The notes below the pieces were generated by a model that did no database searches, was not told the origin of the DNA, and worked only from the letters and a program-made list of their open reading frames with translations. This document shows, one piece after another, positions 48,786 through 63,269 of a stretch of DNA of 64,000 bases. The stretch lies in contig CM052817.1 of NCBI GenBank assembly GCA_028534125.1, positions 24,988,001 to 25,052,000 of the forward strand, written 5' to 3'. The translations under genes were made by a program, and so were the position numbers. Each line of letters begins with the position of its first letter. Position 1 is the stretch's first letter. Source of the DNA: Lama glama. Its lineage: Eukaryota.

Positions 48786-49539
48786 CATAACATTTATAGT
48801 TGAGACCATACTATATAGACAGTTTTGATTCCTGCTTTTTATATTGACCATTGCACATGAGCATCCTCCCATAATGTGCATAGTCTATTATTTCTTACCT
48901 CCAAAAAAGTAGAATTTTAATTTATTCATTTGATAAGCTCATAATGAAATAAGCATAAATAGAAATGAGATGATACGCATTTAAATGCCTACAAAGGTCA
49001 TAAGGCGTTCTTAATGGCTTATTATCCTGTATTTTTAAGAGGAGTTAAGATAGACAAGTTACTTTAGGAAGTTGAACATTTTGTGGCTTGTGCTTAGTTC
49101 ATAGTGGGAAAGCAACCCCAACTTGAGGGAAGAATAATGAACAGTCAGTGGTGATGACTGTCTGTAAATTAATCACAACATGTTAGTGTGTGGGAGCTAC
49201 TGAGTGGGAGAGATTATGTGTTGTCCTATGGTGGCTGTGAGACTCGAGTTGCCTGTGACGGGCTTTTCATGGCCCATGTGAAGAATGCGTTGTGCCAGGT
49301 GAGGTCCACTTGTGTGGGAACTTCCGCTGTCCCCAGAGCTAGTTCCGTAGTGAACCAGTGGGGTGTTCCCCGTGCATGTCCGAAAGGCATTGGAGAGTTA
49401 CAGCAACACTGCACCAGCAACGTGGTGTCTGTGGTCAGGAAAGGTACACAGGCTTGAGCTGTAGAGGTTTTAGCTAATCAATAGAAATTTGAAAATCGAC
49501 AGTGTCGGAGACATTCGGGTTGTAGGGGTCTCTGCAGAA

Positions 49540-50055
49540 AGAATAGGCTTCAGACTCAGGTGGACATAGGCTGGAATCCCAGCACAGCTGCTTATTGACT
49601 TTCTCACCCTGGGCAGCCTGCTTGGCTTCTCTGAGCCCTAGTTGCCTCTTCAGGCTAATACTTGCTTTCTGGAGTTGGCATCAGGATGAAATGATTCTGT
49701 CCATATACAACACCTGGCATGGTGCCCAGCACTTGGTAGAGGATCTGATAATGGTCACCATTATTATTGGCTATTAAATAAGTTTTAATCTTCTCCTAAA
49801 ACACATAGCCTTATAGCACAGTGGTTGAGAATGTACATGAAGCCAGACCACTTGGGTCCCAGCCCTGGCTCTGTGACTTCTTAGCCGTGTGGCTCCGGGC
49901 GCGGCGCTGAGACACTGGTGCTGCAGTCTGCTTCTCTTTACAGCTGAATAGCTGCAGTACCTACATCTTAGTGTGGTTGAGTGTTAAATTATTATACGTA
50001 AAACCCTCAGACAGTCTGGTACAGAGTGAGCACTGTATGAGCATTTGCTGTTGTT
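49540..50055 (+). mobile_element. Two tandem MIR remnants
   Basis: gcttctctgagcctagttgcctc...cacctggcatggtgcccagcac; tagcacagtggttgagaa...ggctctgtgacttcttagccgtgtg. Confidence 0.65.
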
Positions 50056-50355
50056 ATCAATAATACAGTCATTAACTCAGAAGAACATAAAAACATTGTA
50101 CCTTAAAAAGCAGCTGTCCTTGACCGTTTCCTCAGTTGCTACTGCTTTTGCTTACTATTTGACGTATAGTTTGTTTGATTTATTTGTTTTGTGGCTCAGG
50201 CATAGTTTCTCAATGCATATTAAAACTTGAATTTTAAATTCTGTGCTATCATAATGTGGTATCTGAATGAGCAGAATTTTCTGACTCGGCACTATGTATA
50301 AATATAAATTTTAATTGAAAAATGACCATTCAGAAATGCCCTTTTTCCTCTCCAG

Positions 50356-50541
50356 ATTATTCAGAGCTGGGAGAGCTTCCCCCACGATCTCCTCTTGAGC
50401 CAGTTTGTGAAGATGGACCCTTTGGCCCCGTCCCAGAAGAAAAGAAAAGGACGTCTCGTGAACTTCGAGAGCTGTGGCAAAAGGCCATTCTGCAACAGAT
50501 ACTGCTTCTCAGGATGGAGAAGGAAAATCAGAAGCTGCAAG
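50356..50541 (+). CDS. TBC1D1: TBC1D1 coding exon (~exon 15), 186 nt, phase 1-1; includes the calmodulin-binding-type helix RELRELWQKAILQQILLLRMEK
   Basis: ctttttcctctccag| acceptor and AAG|gttggt donor; DYSELGELPPRSPLEP...ENQKLQ. Confidence 0.96.
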
Positions 50542-52893
50542 GTTGGTTTGCCATTTTTGATATTTGATATTTGATATTGGTATTGATTTAATTTGTTCTG
50601 ACTTTGAAGTGAAGCACATCAGATTGTTAAGCAGAAAAAAAAAAGATCAGGATACTCTGACATCTGTGTACACATACATATTAAATACCTGTTTGCTTTT
50701 TCAAAGTGAATACTTTTTACTTTCTGGAGGTGTGATGATAATCTCACCAACTGTATTAAATTAAATCTTCTGAGAGGCATCCTTCAAATATAAGCTTTCA
50801 CTCTCTGAAGAAAGTGTTTTATTTTCTTCTCTCGCTCTCCCTACTTTGTTCTCAGCCGTAGTCTGTGCCTGGGTGTTAAGTATGAACTGATCCTACATAA
50901 ATCATTAAAGTTCATAACCTCATTCTATGTGCATTTGTAGTGAGTTGCAGGTAACCTGAAAAACAGAGGGCTAAACTTCAAGTGAGCTGAGCTCTATCTG
51001 TACTGATAGCAAGGTTTTAGTATGGACTCACTTAATCCCTCTGACAACTCTAGAAGGCAGAGAGCGGCCTGAAGAGGAGCCTACAACTCAGAGGAGCCCA
51101 GGGTTACATTAGTATTAAAATAAGACAGGAACTTTGAAAGTTTAGATTTTATTCATTTCCTATTTCCATAGTCACTTAACCAAAAATATTATTTTTAAAG
51201 TAGCTAAGAAGCTAACTTTTATGTACCCTGGGTGGTATGATGGCCAGAGCATGGGCCTTGGAGTGTCTAGAGCTGCCTGGATATAAAACAAGGACGATTT
51301 TGATCGGGAAGTCTGATCACGCTCTTTGAAAGGGAGGCTGTACAGGTTGTGCATGCTGACCCTGCCCAGAGCAGTTTGGTATGAGAGTATGTTTCATTGA
51401 ACTTCCTCCTTAATTGCAAATCTTCATCTTTTATTGTGATGTTTATATAAAGCTGAAAGTTACTAAGACACCAAATCTGGTAAGGTTCATTGTCCAAATA
51501 AGTATGTCATCTTTAACCAGAAACAGGGAGTCAAATGCAAAGCAATGACACTTTTTGATATGAAAGTAGTTGAGCAGTTGGAATAAACTACCGATGGATG
51601 GAGTGGGCTCTCCAGGGCCCGGTATCGAAGCTGAGAGATGGGTCACCTGTGAGGCTGCTATGGGAGGGGAGGCTGCAGTGAGGGGGTAGATCTGTGAACC
51701 CTCCGTTTTCTCCTGACTCTATTTTTCTACCATGTTCTTGTATGTTCTTGAAGGTAGAATTAAAGCAGGTGTCTAGAAGAGATTTGATAGCGATGGCATC
51801 TCTAAGTGTTCCATCAGCTAAACTTTGGAGCTTTGGAGCACAGCACTTTTAATCGTGTGTATGTTGGTTGAGACTTTTGCTGAAAAGCAAAAAGGCAGTT
51901 ATGTTCATCACGTAGGTCATAAACCTTAATGCTCATCCTGGCCAATCTTCTTGCAGATGACAGCCACGGAAAATCAGGATGTGGCTGTAAAATGGGAAGG
52001 ATGCTGCTTGGCTTCTTGGGAGTTTGGGGCAGGATCGTGACTAATTTATAAGATGAGGTCAGGTTTCCGCAGAAGCAGAGCTTGTGGCTTATGCTTAGCC
52101 ATGTAGCCTACCTACTGTCCTAAAAAACTCACAGTCTAGATTTGAGACGTGGTGTGGCATGGATATCGGGACTAACAGCGTTACTGCTGTGTCTAAACAG
52201 AATTTAGGAGTTTTAGGTGGGAGTGAGGGTGTCAGTTTTAATCCTTCTTAGAAGAGTCAGTTTACATTTTTCCTTTATTGATTTGTCTCCCCCAGTTTGG
52301 TAATTTAGATACAGTTCTTCTTAATGCAGCTATGAACTGAATAAGGTTGGTAGGAAGTAACAGCTATCCTCATATATTTGAGGAGATGCCATGTGAAGAG
52401 GTCAGATTGATTCGATTCTGTTCAGCCCCAGGCAGCAGGAGCATGACTAAGGGTCGAAGCTGCCTAAAGGAGGTTTGGCTCTAAATAAGAAGGAACCATC
52501 TTCCGAGAGCCTCTCCTAATTTAGACGAAGTTTTGTTGTGATCCAGCCATGCTGGGAGCTGGGAGTTTTAACACATAGTTCCTGCCCTCGAGCCATTTAT
52601 GGTTGGTAGGGTAGCTGTGGTGATGGGTCGAACCAGACAGGTGTGGGCGTATGTTAGCAGTGCAGCCAACAGAGTTCACTGGGGCAGTAGGAATCAGGGA
52701 TACCTCCTAGCTGTTTAGCTTTTTCCAACATAGGGAAATGGGGTGGGGCAGGGTCAGTGTCTTTGACGAGGACCTGTTACGCTGGCTGTAGCTCCTCAAC
52801 ATCGCAGCGGGTGATGTGCAGGCAGCCGGGTTATGAAATAGGAGACCTGTGGGTGTAGCATTCACTAACATGTTCTGAAATTGTCTGTTCCAG

Positions 52894-53055
52894 CCTCTGA
52901 AAATGATTTGCTGAACAAGCGCCTGAAGCTTGATTATGAAGAAATCACTCCTTGTCTTAAAGAAGTAACTACAGTATGGGAAAAGATGCTTGCCACTCCA
53001 GGAAGATCGAAAATCAAGTTTGACATGGAAAAAATGCACTCGGCTGTTGGGCAAG
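52894..53055 (+). CDS. TBC1D1: TBC1D1 coding exon (~exon 16), 162 nt, phase 1-1: ASENDLLNKRLKLDYEEITPCLKEVTTVWEKMLATPGRSKIKFDMEKMHSAVGQ
   Basis: cactaac branch point at 52863-52869, ttccag| acceptor and AAG|gtaagc donor. Confidence 0.97.
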
Positions 53056-55723
53056 GTAAGCTTACCTGGGGACCAGTCCAGCTGGCAGCCTCGCCCTCAC
53101 TGATGACTGGGGAGGTGTGTGGAATAAAAACATTTATTTCGGTGGCCATCTCTCTTCTGTTTGTCATGTCTTTACCGAATCTGTTTCCAGATGTCTTAGT
53201 TAATTAACTTGAGTTTTATCACCTTTCATGATTCCTCTTAATTAAATTAATTAAAATGCCCAGAAGACCAAGAAATAGGAAGAAGACAAAGGAAAGCCTA
53301 AGGGCTTAGATGCTACAAACTGGGTAATGATGTGATGATACCCTGAGTTAAATAGTACACTGACCATGGATTGTGTGGCTTCCCTCTGGGGACTCTCAGG
53401 GGACAACGGAGTGCCTGGTGCAGACTTCAGGCAGGTAGTCTCAGGTTTGAATTCCAGCTCTACCAGCTGCTTTGTGATGTGATCTTAGGCAAATGGCTTA
53501 ACCTCTCTGAGCCTCACTCGCCACATGTGTGAGATGTGGGTGATGACAGTGGTGGTTGTGAGAAGCACACCACATGCGTCCGCTGTGCTGGAAGGCCTTG
53601 GAGAGTGGATGGTACATGCTCTTTGTTTTAGTGTGACCTGCTGACTGTGTGTAGGTCCGGACAGTTACTGATCCAGAATAAGTGTGGGACTTGGGACTAT
53701 GCATCTGGAAACTTCCCTGGCAGTTTGGCAGAGTGGTCCTAATAAAAGAAATGTGGACTTCCGTATTTTGTCAGTCTTTTTTCCTCCCATTTCATTTTTC
53801 TAATTCATTTTTACTGTATTTTATCAAAGTATCGACCTGTAGTGGATTGGAACATTTAAAAAGAACAGAAAAACTTGTCCTTCAATACAGATAGTTTGAC
53901 AGCATTTTAGAACTTTGTTCTTCAGTGATTGTTAGTGTTCAAGCAAAACAGAACCATTTCTTTGGAAGCTTTCTGAGTCTGATTGAGTTCTAGTGCCACT
54001 GAGTTCTGATCAGTCTAGGCAGGAATAACCAGGTGATTAGAATAAAGGTTACAAATGGGTAAAAATTTTAGGTTCTCTTCTGACTTTATCAGCAGTCCAG
54101 TGGACGAAGTTACACAAGCATTATTTATCTCCAAGAGTAAATACAGCAAAGCAGTTTTCCTAGCATGGTCTGTTAGGCATTATTTAACCTTTATCTGAGT
54201 TTGGAGAGCATCAGTGTTAGTAATAATACATGTAGCTACAACTAGTTATGACTTTCCCCTTGCTGTGGGTAATAAAACTTGGACCTAGAGATGTTGAGTA
54301 ATGGGCCCAGGGCCACGGAGCTGGTTGCATCCCAGTCTGCTAGAGTTCTGGCCACCATCGAGCCCTGCCCACAGTTGAGTAGTGCCTCGGTTGTACTATT
54401 CTCAGAGACTAGAAACGTGGTGAGTGGTGAGGCCTCAGGTTCTGAATTGGCCAACACCTCCCAGTGTGGCCTCACTTTTCTGGGCTCTGGCCTAGTGGCT
54501 GGTAGAATGAGAGGCATGGACCTCTCAGAGGATCTCACTGCTCTCTTCCAGTTCTCACATTCTTTGTGCCATAGTGGTTGCTGGAGGCTTACCATTGCAC
54601 CATGTGGCCCCAGATTGCTGTTTTGAAAAAGGAGAAAGCAGAGAATAGAATGAGTCCTTAGTCTTTTCACTGCTGACTAGATGATGGTCTTCAGTGGCTC
54701 TGCTTCTGCACAGGGTAAATTGCATGGTTCTGTGACAGCTGTCCCAAATGTTTGAGCTTCTTAGAAGCCTGGCACCTGGATATATATTGGTCTTCATCAG
54801 GCATTTTATAAGAGGGACTAACTAGAAGTATTCTGAGTATCTGGAATCTGGGTAGTGAAGCTGGGGATGGATGACTGGACAGTTTATACACAGAGGTGAG
54901 CTGAGGGTACCCTGGAATTTCCTTGAGTATCCCCTGACATCACCACATCACTTTCTGTGGCAGAAACTTTGTATCTGTAACTGTAAAAGGAGATTTGTCA
55001 ATCATTCAGCTGGTTTCAACATGTAAGATTGAACGACTCCAAACAAATGACCACAGTCCATCTCATAGCTCAGAATTAAAACGAGATCAAATCAGAATCT
55101 CACCTTTGACCTTCCAGTTAGAGGCCAAGTCACTTCTGAGCCCTTAAAAGAGAAGACAGACCCTGTGTGGATAAGAAGGCTCTCCTCTTAATGATCTAAA
55201 GATCGCTAAGTGATGGAAAGAAAGAGATGTGTAAACTTCCCGAGTTAAAGCTGGATCAGAGTGGCAGGATTTTAGGGCGTCAACCTGGGAGAAGGAAGAA
55301 TAATTCTAGGGAATTTTAAATAACTCAAAGTTTACTTTGGGTTTAAATGATTTCTCTAAAGATAGCAACGTAGAACTTTATAATCTGGAGCATACTTTTC
55401 GAGGAATGGGATTGCAAAGAGGCCACCTGAGCAGTTGGCAGTGTGGGCCAGGTGCAAACAGTGCTCACCTTTGACCCAGCACTGACATGTATAGAAACCT
55501 ATTCTAGAAATCAATCAGTCAAAAATGTACTGCAGTGGGAAGAATGTTTATTGTGACCTTGTTTAGTAGCCAAAAAACAAAGCAGAACCCCCAGACCTCC
55601 AATCGTGTGACCACACCCATACTCATTGAAAATGACACAGTAGATTTATGTTGACTGACATCAGAGATGTCTGAGGTAAGTTGTTAAATGGAAAAGAAGA
55701 GGACCGCATGGTCTCCTGTACAG

Positions 55724-55726
<3 letters not shown>

Positions 55727-55757
<31 letters not shown>
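55727..55757. repeat. (TG)15 microsatellite
   Basis: Directly visible perfect dinucleotide run. Confidence 0.95.
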
Positions 55758-55761
<4 letters not shown>

Positions 55762-56560
55762 ACATCCGTGACATGTGTGCAGATGCCCGAACTGTGGGCA
55801 GGATGGCTGTGCTTCTGGGTACCTGCTTTACAACCTGTCCCAGTACAATAATTAGTAGCCTTCCTCCCCTTCTCTTTCAGAAGCTTCCTGCTTTGGGAGG
55901 TGAATTATATGTTCCCTCTAGTTAGGTGGTTTTTCACTTCCCTTTGTGTTTTCAGAAGGTTGGTTTGTTTTTTCCCCCCATTTAAATAATGAGCATGTAT
56001 TACCTTTTAAAGTCAGTAAAAATTAAAAAGTATTTACATTTTGGGGTGGGTGGCCTCCTGTCCACCCAGAACCCTGCCTGCAGGCCCCAGTCCACTGCCA
56101 GATTTCTCTCTGGTTAGGAACTGAGGCAAAACTGAGCATGGGGAGTGGTATTCCAGGTCATTCTTAGCAAAAATATTGGCTCTGATTTGTGCGACCCTTT
56201 GTTTTTAAATCAGAAAATCTAAGCTTTCTCTTAAATACCAGAATATGTGGTACTGTCCAGTGACTCAGCCATTTGTTCCTTTCCTCCCAACAGTAAAGGT
56301 TTGATAAGATACTGGGAATGATTTAGTAATAAGGGGAAATTGGTTGTCTCATAACTTGGGAAAGTTTCTCAGTTTGAAAAAATTATTTTGTGAAAAGCCC
56401 CACTATTAATCATTTAACATGCTGTTTTTCAGCCCACATTTACCTCTAATATGGTGTGAAGTATGAGGTTTGTACACATAGACACACACACCCACCCACC
56501 CATGAGCAGGAATAGTAGGGAGAGAAGAACTAAAATAACATAAAAAGGCATCTGTCAGGG

Positions 56561-56968
56561 TGTATTAGTTTCCTGTTGCTGCTGTAACAAATGATCACAA
56601 AATTAGTGGCTAAAACAACAAGTTTTTCTCTCTTGGTCCGGAGGCCAGAAGTCTGAAGTCTGGGTGTGGGCAGCGCTGCGCTTGGCCTCTTCCACCTCCT
56701 GGTGGCTGTTGGCCTCCCTCGACTGGGGCTGCACCGTGTCAGTCTCTGCCTCCTCTTCCTGTCTTCTTCTCTGCTGACTCTTGTAAAGACACTGTCATTG
56801 GATATAGCTCGCCAACCCCCCACCCCTACCCGATAATCTCATTTCATGATCTTCCCCTGACTTAATGATATCTGCAAAGACCCTTTTTCCAAATAAGGTA
56901 ACATTCATAGCTTCTGGTGACTAGGACTTGGACATACCTTTTTGGAGGTCACCATTCAACCCACTACA
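56561..56968 (-). mobile_element. ERVL-MaLR solo LTR (MLT1-like)
   Basis: tgtattagtttcctgttgctgctgtaacaaatgatcacaaa...tctgcaaagaccctttttccaaataaggtaacattca...cattcaacccactaca; TG...CA termini and TSD caggg/cagag. Confidence 0.88.
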
Positions 56969-58490
56969 CAGAGTCATCTAATTAACTCTGAGATAAACAG
57001 AGAAAGTGGGATGTGGTCACAGTTAAGTGTGGCCCTGTATTTCTCCCACACGGTAAAACCGAATTCCTTACTGTACTGTGTTTCCAGGCGAGGGCTGAGT
57101 GGTGCTTTCTGAGTCATTCCATGTGGATCTGTAATAAATGAAATGGACTCTGGTTCAAATCCACAAATGATTATTTTATTATTAATTGCCAGGTAAGAAC
57201 GTAAAATACTTTCCGCAGTTCCTGTCTGAGTAGTGCTTGTCCGACAGGGGGAACTTGGAGAGAAGCTGGCAGTCACTTTCCCTGGCTGCCACTCAGCAGC
57301 CGGGAGGCCTGTTCTCAGCGGGGGGCCTGTTCCCTCCCCTTTACCACGTGGACCAGTGCTGCACCTCCCTCAGCAGGTCGTGGGGTGATGTAAAGTGTGG
57401 AGGGTGGTGACAGCGCCTGGTCGCCTCCCAGTGACTGTCGCTGCTGCTCTTTCTCTGGATGGAAAGAAAGGTTAATCCTTGATTCGGAGGCTCCTTTTCT
57501 CCAAAGAGAGTGCCTCTCAGAGATAAGAAGGGTTTGGTGGCTTATTCTGCAGTTTTCTTTGCTCTCCTTTTCCACATTTGGGCCTTATCACAACAGAATC
57601 AGGAACCCGAGAATTTTGATTGAAAACGATCACTTTTTCTAATGAGGTTTGCCTTAAGTAACATCATTGATTTTAAGAGAACTTTCCTTAGTTTTAGACA
57701 TTTTTAAAGTACTTTAAGTATTCAGATTAATCAGATCTAAAACATTAGGTAGGGGCTCTTAGATCATTTTTCTTGTTTTTAGGGCCACGTTGAGTGCCCA
57801 CCAAGGCGCGTTCAAGCAGACCATCCCTGTCTAACCTCTGGCCCCTTCCTCCAGCTCATCCTCCAGAAGGATGTTTAATCAGTATTCCCGAGTCTCAGCT
57901 TTGGTGCAGCTCCTCCTTCCCCAGCTCAAGAGCATTCAGTGGTTCCCTCCAGTAACCAAGTAGACTGCTGGTTTCTTGCCCTCAGTTTTGCTTCCAGCGA
58001 AGCCCTTCCAGCCTGACTGCCACCTGCTCCCTCTGCGCACGTGCCATGTACTGCGGTCCAGTTCCCTCTGACTTGTCTCCTCTCTTTTCCCCCATTGAGC
58101 TCCTTCTTCCCAACTCACCGCACTTTGCTTCTGTCCCTCCTCTGAGGCCACATTTGGCGCCGTATTTTGCATGCTTGTTCTTCTTTCCCTGGGATGTTAT
58201 TAATTGGTACCAGATAAGGGCTCCTGTCATTGGTCAGTTTATCCCTTGCAGAGTCTAATACAGTCTGAGCGTACTACATGTGTATTTGAAAGGTGGAAGG
58301 AAAGTGAGGGGAGAATGGGGGTGAGGGGAGGATGGAAGGGAGCAAGTTTGCTTCCTTTCCCTTCCTGTGCTGTTAATTCATAATGGAATGAGAATTTGGG
58401 TCAATGGCATGAAACACAGCTCGCTTTTATCATTAAGGTGTATTCTGTACTTGAAGTCTCTCTCTCTCTTTCCCACCCCCACCTGGGAAG

Positions 58491-58649
58491 GTGTGCCACG
58501 GCATCACCGGGGTGAAATCTGGAAATTCCTCGCGGAGCAACACCACCTGAAGCACCAGTTTCCCAGCAAACAGCAGCCGAAGGACACACCATACAAAGAG
58601 CTCTTAAAACAGCTCACCTCCCAGCAGCACGCGATTCTCATCGACCTCG
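58491..58649 (+). CDS. TBC1D1: TBC1D1 coding exon (~exon 17), 159 nt, phase 1-1; start of the TBC/Rab-GAP domain: [53 protein letters not shown](G)
   Basis: (CT)n tract then gggaag| acceptor and TCG|gtgagt donor. Ends just before the catalytic Arg of the IxxDxxR motif; I did not find the next exon in the window. Confidence 0.96.
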
Positions 58650-61600
58650 GTGAGTCTGCAGTCGATTTAACATGAAAATGGAAGTTTTCACTCACTTGAG
58701 AAATCTGGAGAGGCCGTCCAAGTTATTTAGTGATCTGTCTTTAGGTTTAGCGATCAAAATTTACTACTGAGACTTTTAATCAACAAAGCCCTAGAGTAAT
58801 CACAAATGTCTGCTTCAGATGTATAAAAATCCCTCTCTGAACTGGGCAGCTTGTTAACTCTGGTCAGCCCTGGGGCGGGGGGCAGGGAGGGTCGCAGAGG
58901 CTCCAGTTGTGACCGTTGTTGAGTTCAGTAATTCAGATATTGATAGGAGGTTTGTAGTCAACAGAAGAAACATCCTGGAAACCGCAAGTGTCAGGGCTGC
59001 AGCTGCGTTTAATTATAGGAGGCACCCCTTAGTCTATGGCTTACAAACAGGATTTACTAGAAAAATTGTAGAAAGCAGTTTGTGTGTATACCTTGGGTGA
59101 TTTTATTTTGCAAATAGGCAGGAATCTTGTCTCTTAAACAGTTTTAAAAACACTAAGGTGGAAACTGTATTGAGTACACTTGCGGTTAGCACGGTGAAGA
59201 GCTTGTGGAATCAGGATGTGATCACAATGCACAAGACCTGTCAGTGGCCCCACGTGGGGACTTCCTTTCCTCCTGCTGCCTCTCACCGGGGCCTCTGTCC
59301 CCTGGGGAGGTCCACCGGCTTCGCGTGACAGGAGCTCGGCCCTGGTACTTCTAGAGCACGTGGTCCTGCTTCCAGAACACCCACCCCAGCCAGTGCTTTG
59401 GGCCCCACGGAGGCCAGGCTCTTTGAGTTCCCACCGCACAGCATCCTGGAGGGAGAGAGGACTTTACAGTCACTCGAGGTGTGAGGGTGAGCCGGAGCGG
59501 GCAGCTCCCAGGCCTCTCTCCCCAGGCCTGAGCTTAAATGTCCCCCTGAGAAACTGGCCCTGACATGGCCCCTTCTCCCACCTGCGACTGCATTCGATGA
59601 CTCTGCTCAGCCTTTCTGTCCCACCCTGTACGCTCCCCTCGTGATACCACGTTTATCATTATGACAATTATTGCTATTTAAAGCTAATACTTAACTTTTC
59701 CTTGGGCCAAATGTGCGAGGTTACTTAAACTTCTTTATTTAATCCTCACAACATGATCAGGGAAGTATCGTTCTATCCTTAGTTAGAGTTGAGAATAGTG
59801 AAATGCAGAGAGGTTAGGAAATACCTGAAGTGACACAGCTGTTGTTCTGCCGTGCAGTGTGACTCCAGGCCTCCGCTCCCCCTATCGCCCCCCATCACTG
59901 TCCTCAGTTATGTGACAGAGCCTTTTTATGGCCTTTCTCCCCAATAGGATGTAGCTCTCCCTCTGTGGGCTGGTCCAAGGCTGTTTGTAGCTGTACCCCA
60001 GCTCCTGGGACAGAACCCATCGTGTAGTAGGTGCTCAGTAAGTCTCTTGGTGTTGAATATGAGGCAGGCACTAGCATCCCAACCTCACGCGAACCTCGCA
60101 ACAGCCCTGGGAAATTGGACCTGTATCCTTTTTAAGAAATGAGGATGCTCTCTGAGGCATGAGAGGTCAACTGTGGACCACGGTCACACGGCTAACTGCC
60201 AGGACCTGAGCCCACTCTGGCTCTGGGCTGCTATAGACCCTTCCATTCCTCAGGCCCTCTGCACCAGGAGCCCCAGTGTCCCTAGGAGATGGCCGGCTGG
60301 GTGACGGGTGATGCAGACAGGCCATGATTGCACCTTGGGGACGGTGAAAATGTGAGGTCTGGGGCTGGGGCCCATTTGGCCCGCTGACCCTGAGGAAAGC
60401 AGTTTTATGGACTGGCAGTAGCTGTGTTTGCTAATGTGATGAGTAACAGGAAAAATGACATCATGTTCCTACCATGTGAAATGAAGAGAAAAATAAATTG
60501 AGAGTAGGAGGCTGAACGGGCGGAGGGGGTACGGACAGTTTCTCCGCACACCCCCTCCCGGGGAGGGGAGGGGACATGTTCCCCCTCCTGATTCAGACGT
60601 TCTCCTCTCTCCATTTTTCTTTCAGTAAGTACTCTTGTCATTGGGCGGGATGTGTCCTCTGCCCCTGGAGCTCAGACACAGTCACTTTTCTGCAGAGGGA
60701 AGAAAAGGCCAGATGAGGCAAGGGCCTCAGTGAGGCTGCTCGGGGAGCTGTGTCTGTGCGGCCGCACCTCGGGTGCCTCCCTGCCCACAGGCCCGCGGGA
60801 GTCTCTCCTCTAGTTGGCACGGGGTGTGTGCGAGCTGAGATTTGGCCTTCCCTCCTCCTGGGCTGGGCCGGGCTGCACTCACATCCTGTTCGCCCCCGCC
60901 CATCTCCCACATTCACGCTCTGCACCCCCAAAGGCCAGGTGTACCCTCTCCTCCCCAGCAACACCAGCCTCGTCTCTCCACCTGGCTTCTCTCCAGTCAT
61001 GGTCCCAGTGTGGATGCCCGCTCTGTGCCCTCCCAGGGCCCCAGAGAGGCTGTTGCCTAGGTAACCGCCCTGCCTGTGTCCAGGCATCCTTCAGGCCCAG
61101 CCTTCTCTCCCCACTTGAACTGGGAGAACCTGAGTGTTGGCCCAGCCCAGCAGTGGGCCCTGCGCCCTGCCTGCCAGGATCTGGTGCTGCTTGGCCAGGT
61201 TCAGGGAGGCCTCACTTAGAAGTTCCTCCAGACTTTGCCCATTACTTCCCCCTCACCTCGCACCAAGGTGGTATTGCCAAGTCAGTTGTTTTGTCTACGC
61301 TTTTTAGCCTACACTGTGGCTCACTCAAGGCCCAACAGAGGTGTGCAGGGCAGAGCAAAAACCAATCATGTTTCAGTGTTTCCTAAAAAGTGACATCATA
61401 TCCTGGCCAGCAGAACAGAATGCTTGTTGGTTGGATGTATTTTGGGTTTTCATGCGTGTTTATATTCCTGCCTTTTGCTTTACTTTCTGAAATTAGCTGT
61501 TAATCTAATCCGTTCTGCGAGATTTTTTTTTCCTCCAAAGAGCAAGAATACACTAGGCTTTGTAGTTGGACAGTGAACCATATTCTCTAGCTTTGTTGGA

Positions 61601-63269
61601 TTTCAACTTTGCACAGCCCTGTTTGATCTTGGACACATATTATTTCCACTTTGGAGGTGATGAATGAGGCCCAGAGAGCTTGTGTGCTTTGCCCAAGTTA
61701 CAGGCCCCTGCTCAGTGGCAGGAAGCTCTAGACCTGGGTCTTCCTAGTCTTTGTATCATGTTCCTTCTAGGACGCCAAATGGCTTGTCTTTCTTGGCCCT
61801 GCCGGCTGCAGACCCACACCGCTTTCCCTTCTCCGGTGAGGTGGAGAAATGCCGTCAGAGTTGGCCACGCCCAGCCAGGGGAAAACAGCAGAGGAGATGA
61901 CACTTAGCAGATCACACTTAGGCCCTAGTTCGGGAACCTCCCCCTTCCCACCTTGTGCTGCCCTCAGGTACTTGTGATCTTTCTTCCTTCTCTTTTCTTG
62001 CTCACCCTCCTGGCGGGGCGCCCAGTGCTGCCCAGCATCCTGCCTTGTGGCTATGCCTCCGTCTAGTCATGGCCACATGAAAGGCCGTGGGGAACACTGA
62101 GCAGCGAGCTGGAGACCCTGTTCAGGCTCCACGTCACCCTCCACTGTGTCAGCTGCTCCTCTCCTGGTAATCCTGCAGACAGTGCTTCCCCGGGGAGGCT
62201 GCCCAGCCTCCCCCAAGATAGGAGAGGTTAGCTAGAATAACCCTTGAATGGGTCCAGAAATGTAGGGACACCATTAAATCAGAGAGCAGACTTAGAAAGT
62301 GCTCCTAATCAGCCCCACATCAATTACGTATCTTTTTAATGTGTTCTCTAGGTAAAGTGGTGGCTTAGTTTACAAACCCTGCAGAGGTCTGATGGGTCTT
62401 TTGGTGACCAGAAGTAGCCATTTTTGGTGGCCTTCTAGAGACTTGCTGTCAGTGGCACTGAAGTGGGATTGGGCACGCCAAGGCTGCAGTGAGACAGAGC
62501 ACGTATCCAAAAACACATCTGGGTCAAGAATCCAGCGTGGCTGCTGTTGTATTGGTTTTTGCTTCCACTTAACGTATTTTAACCAAAGGTATAAAACCTG
62601 CCTGGTGTCTGGAAGAACAGGAGCTATAATCCAAGTATTATAAAAGGGAATCTTTCCTTGCTGTTTTAGAATCCTTAAAAGGTGAGAAGAGCCGGCAAAT
62701 TGAAGGATCAGCTGAGAATATTTAAGGTGACCGACTACGGAAGGGCGGAGGAGAGCGCCTCCCTCCTCCGTCCCTGCCTGCTCGTTTGCCATGAGGAGCG
62801 GGGTGCCGTGTGCTTTGAGTAGTAGATGGTGCTGTTCATTATGAGCAGATGAGTGCTGGTGGCAAGCACCGCTTTCTGTTTCATCTTTGGCTTGAAGTCC
62901 TGGGTGAAAAACTAAGAAGCATTAATGGCAAAAGAGAGAAAAGTACCTAGCACTTACCATGCAGCAGTCTTGTTATGGGACACACCTGTCTGTCCAGTTG
63001 GGACCTTGCCTTATGGGAGTCAGTTAAAAATCATGGCTCAAGAGTCTAATTAAAGTTTTTGTGCCAGAAGCTACACAGCTGATTCCACAGGGTCTGCCAT
63101 TGCCTCTGATATCAAGAACCCATCATGATATCAAATTTATTTGATCATTCTAAAAATCTTCTCTAACCTTGAAGTTATATAACTAAACACAGGTGGTGAA
63201 AGAGTAAAGTAGGGTGACCTCGCTTGTTTTCTGAGAGGCCTAACCTCTCCCTACGTCTTTCCAGCCAGT

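Noticed and set aside
50556..50590. (TTTGATA)x3 tandem just after the exon 15 donor
   Set aside because: Short slippage repeat with no evidence of function.
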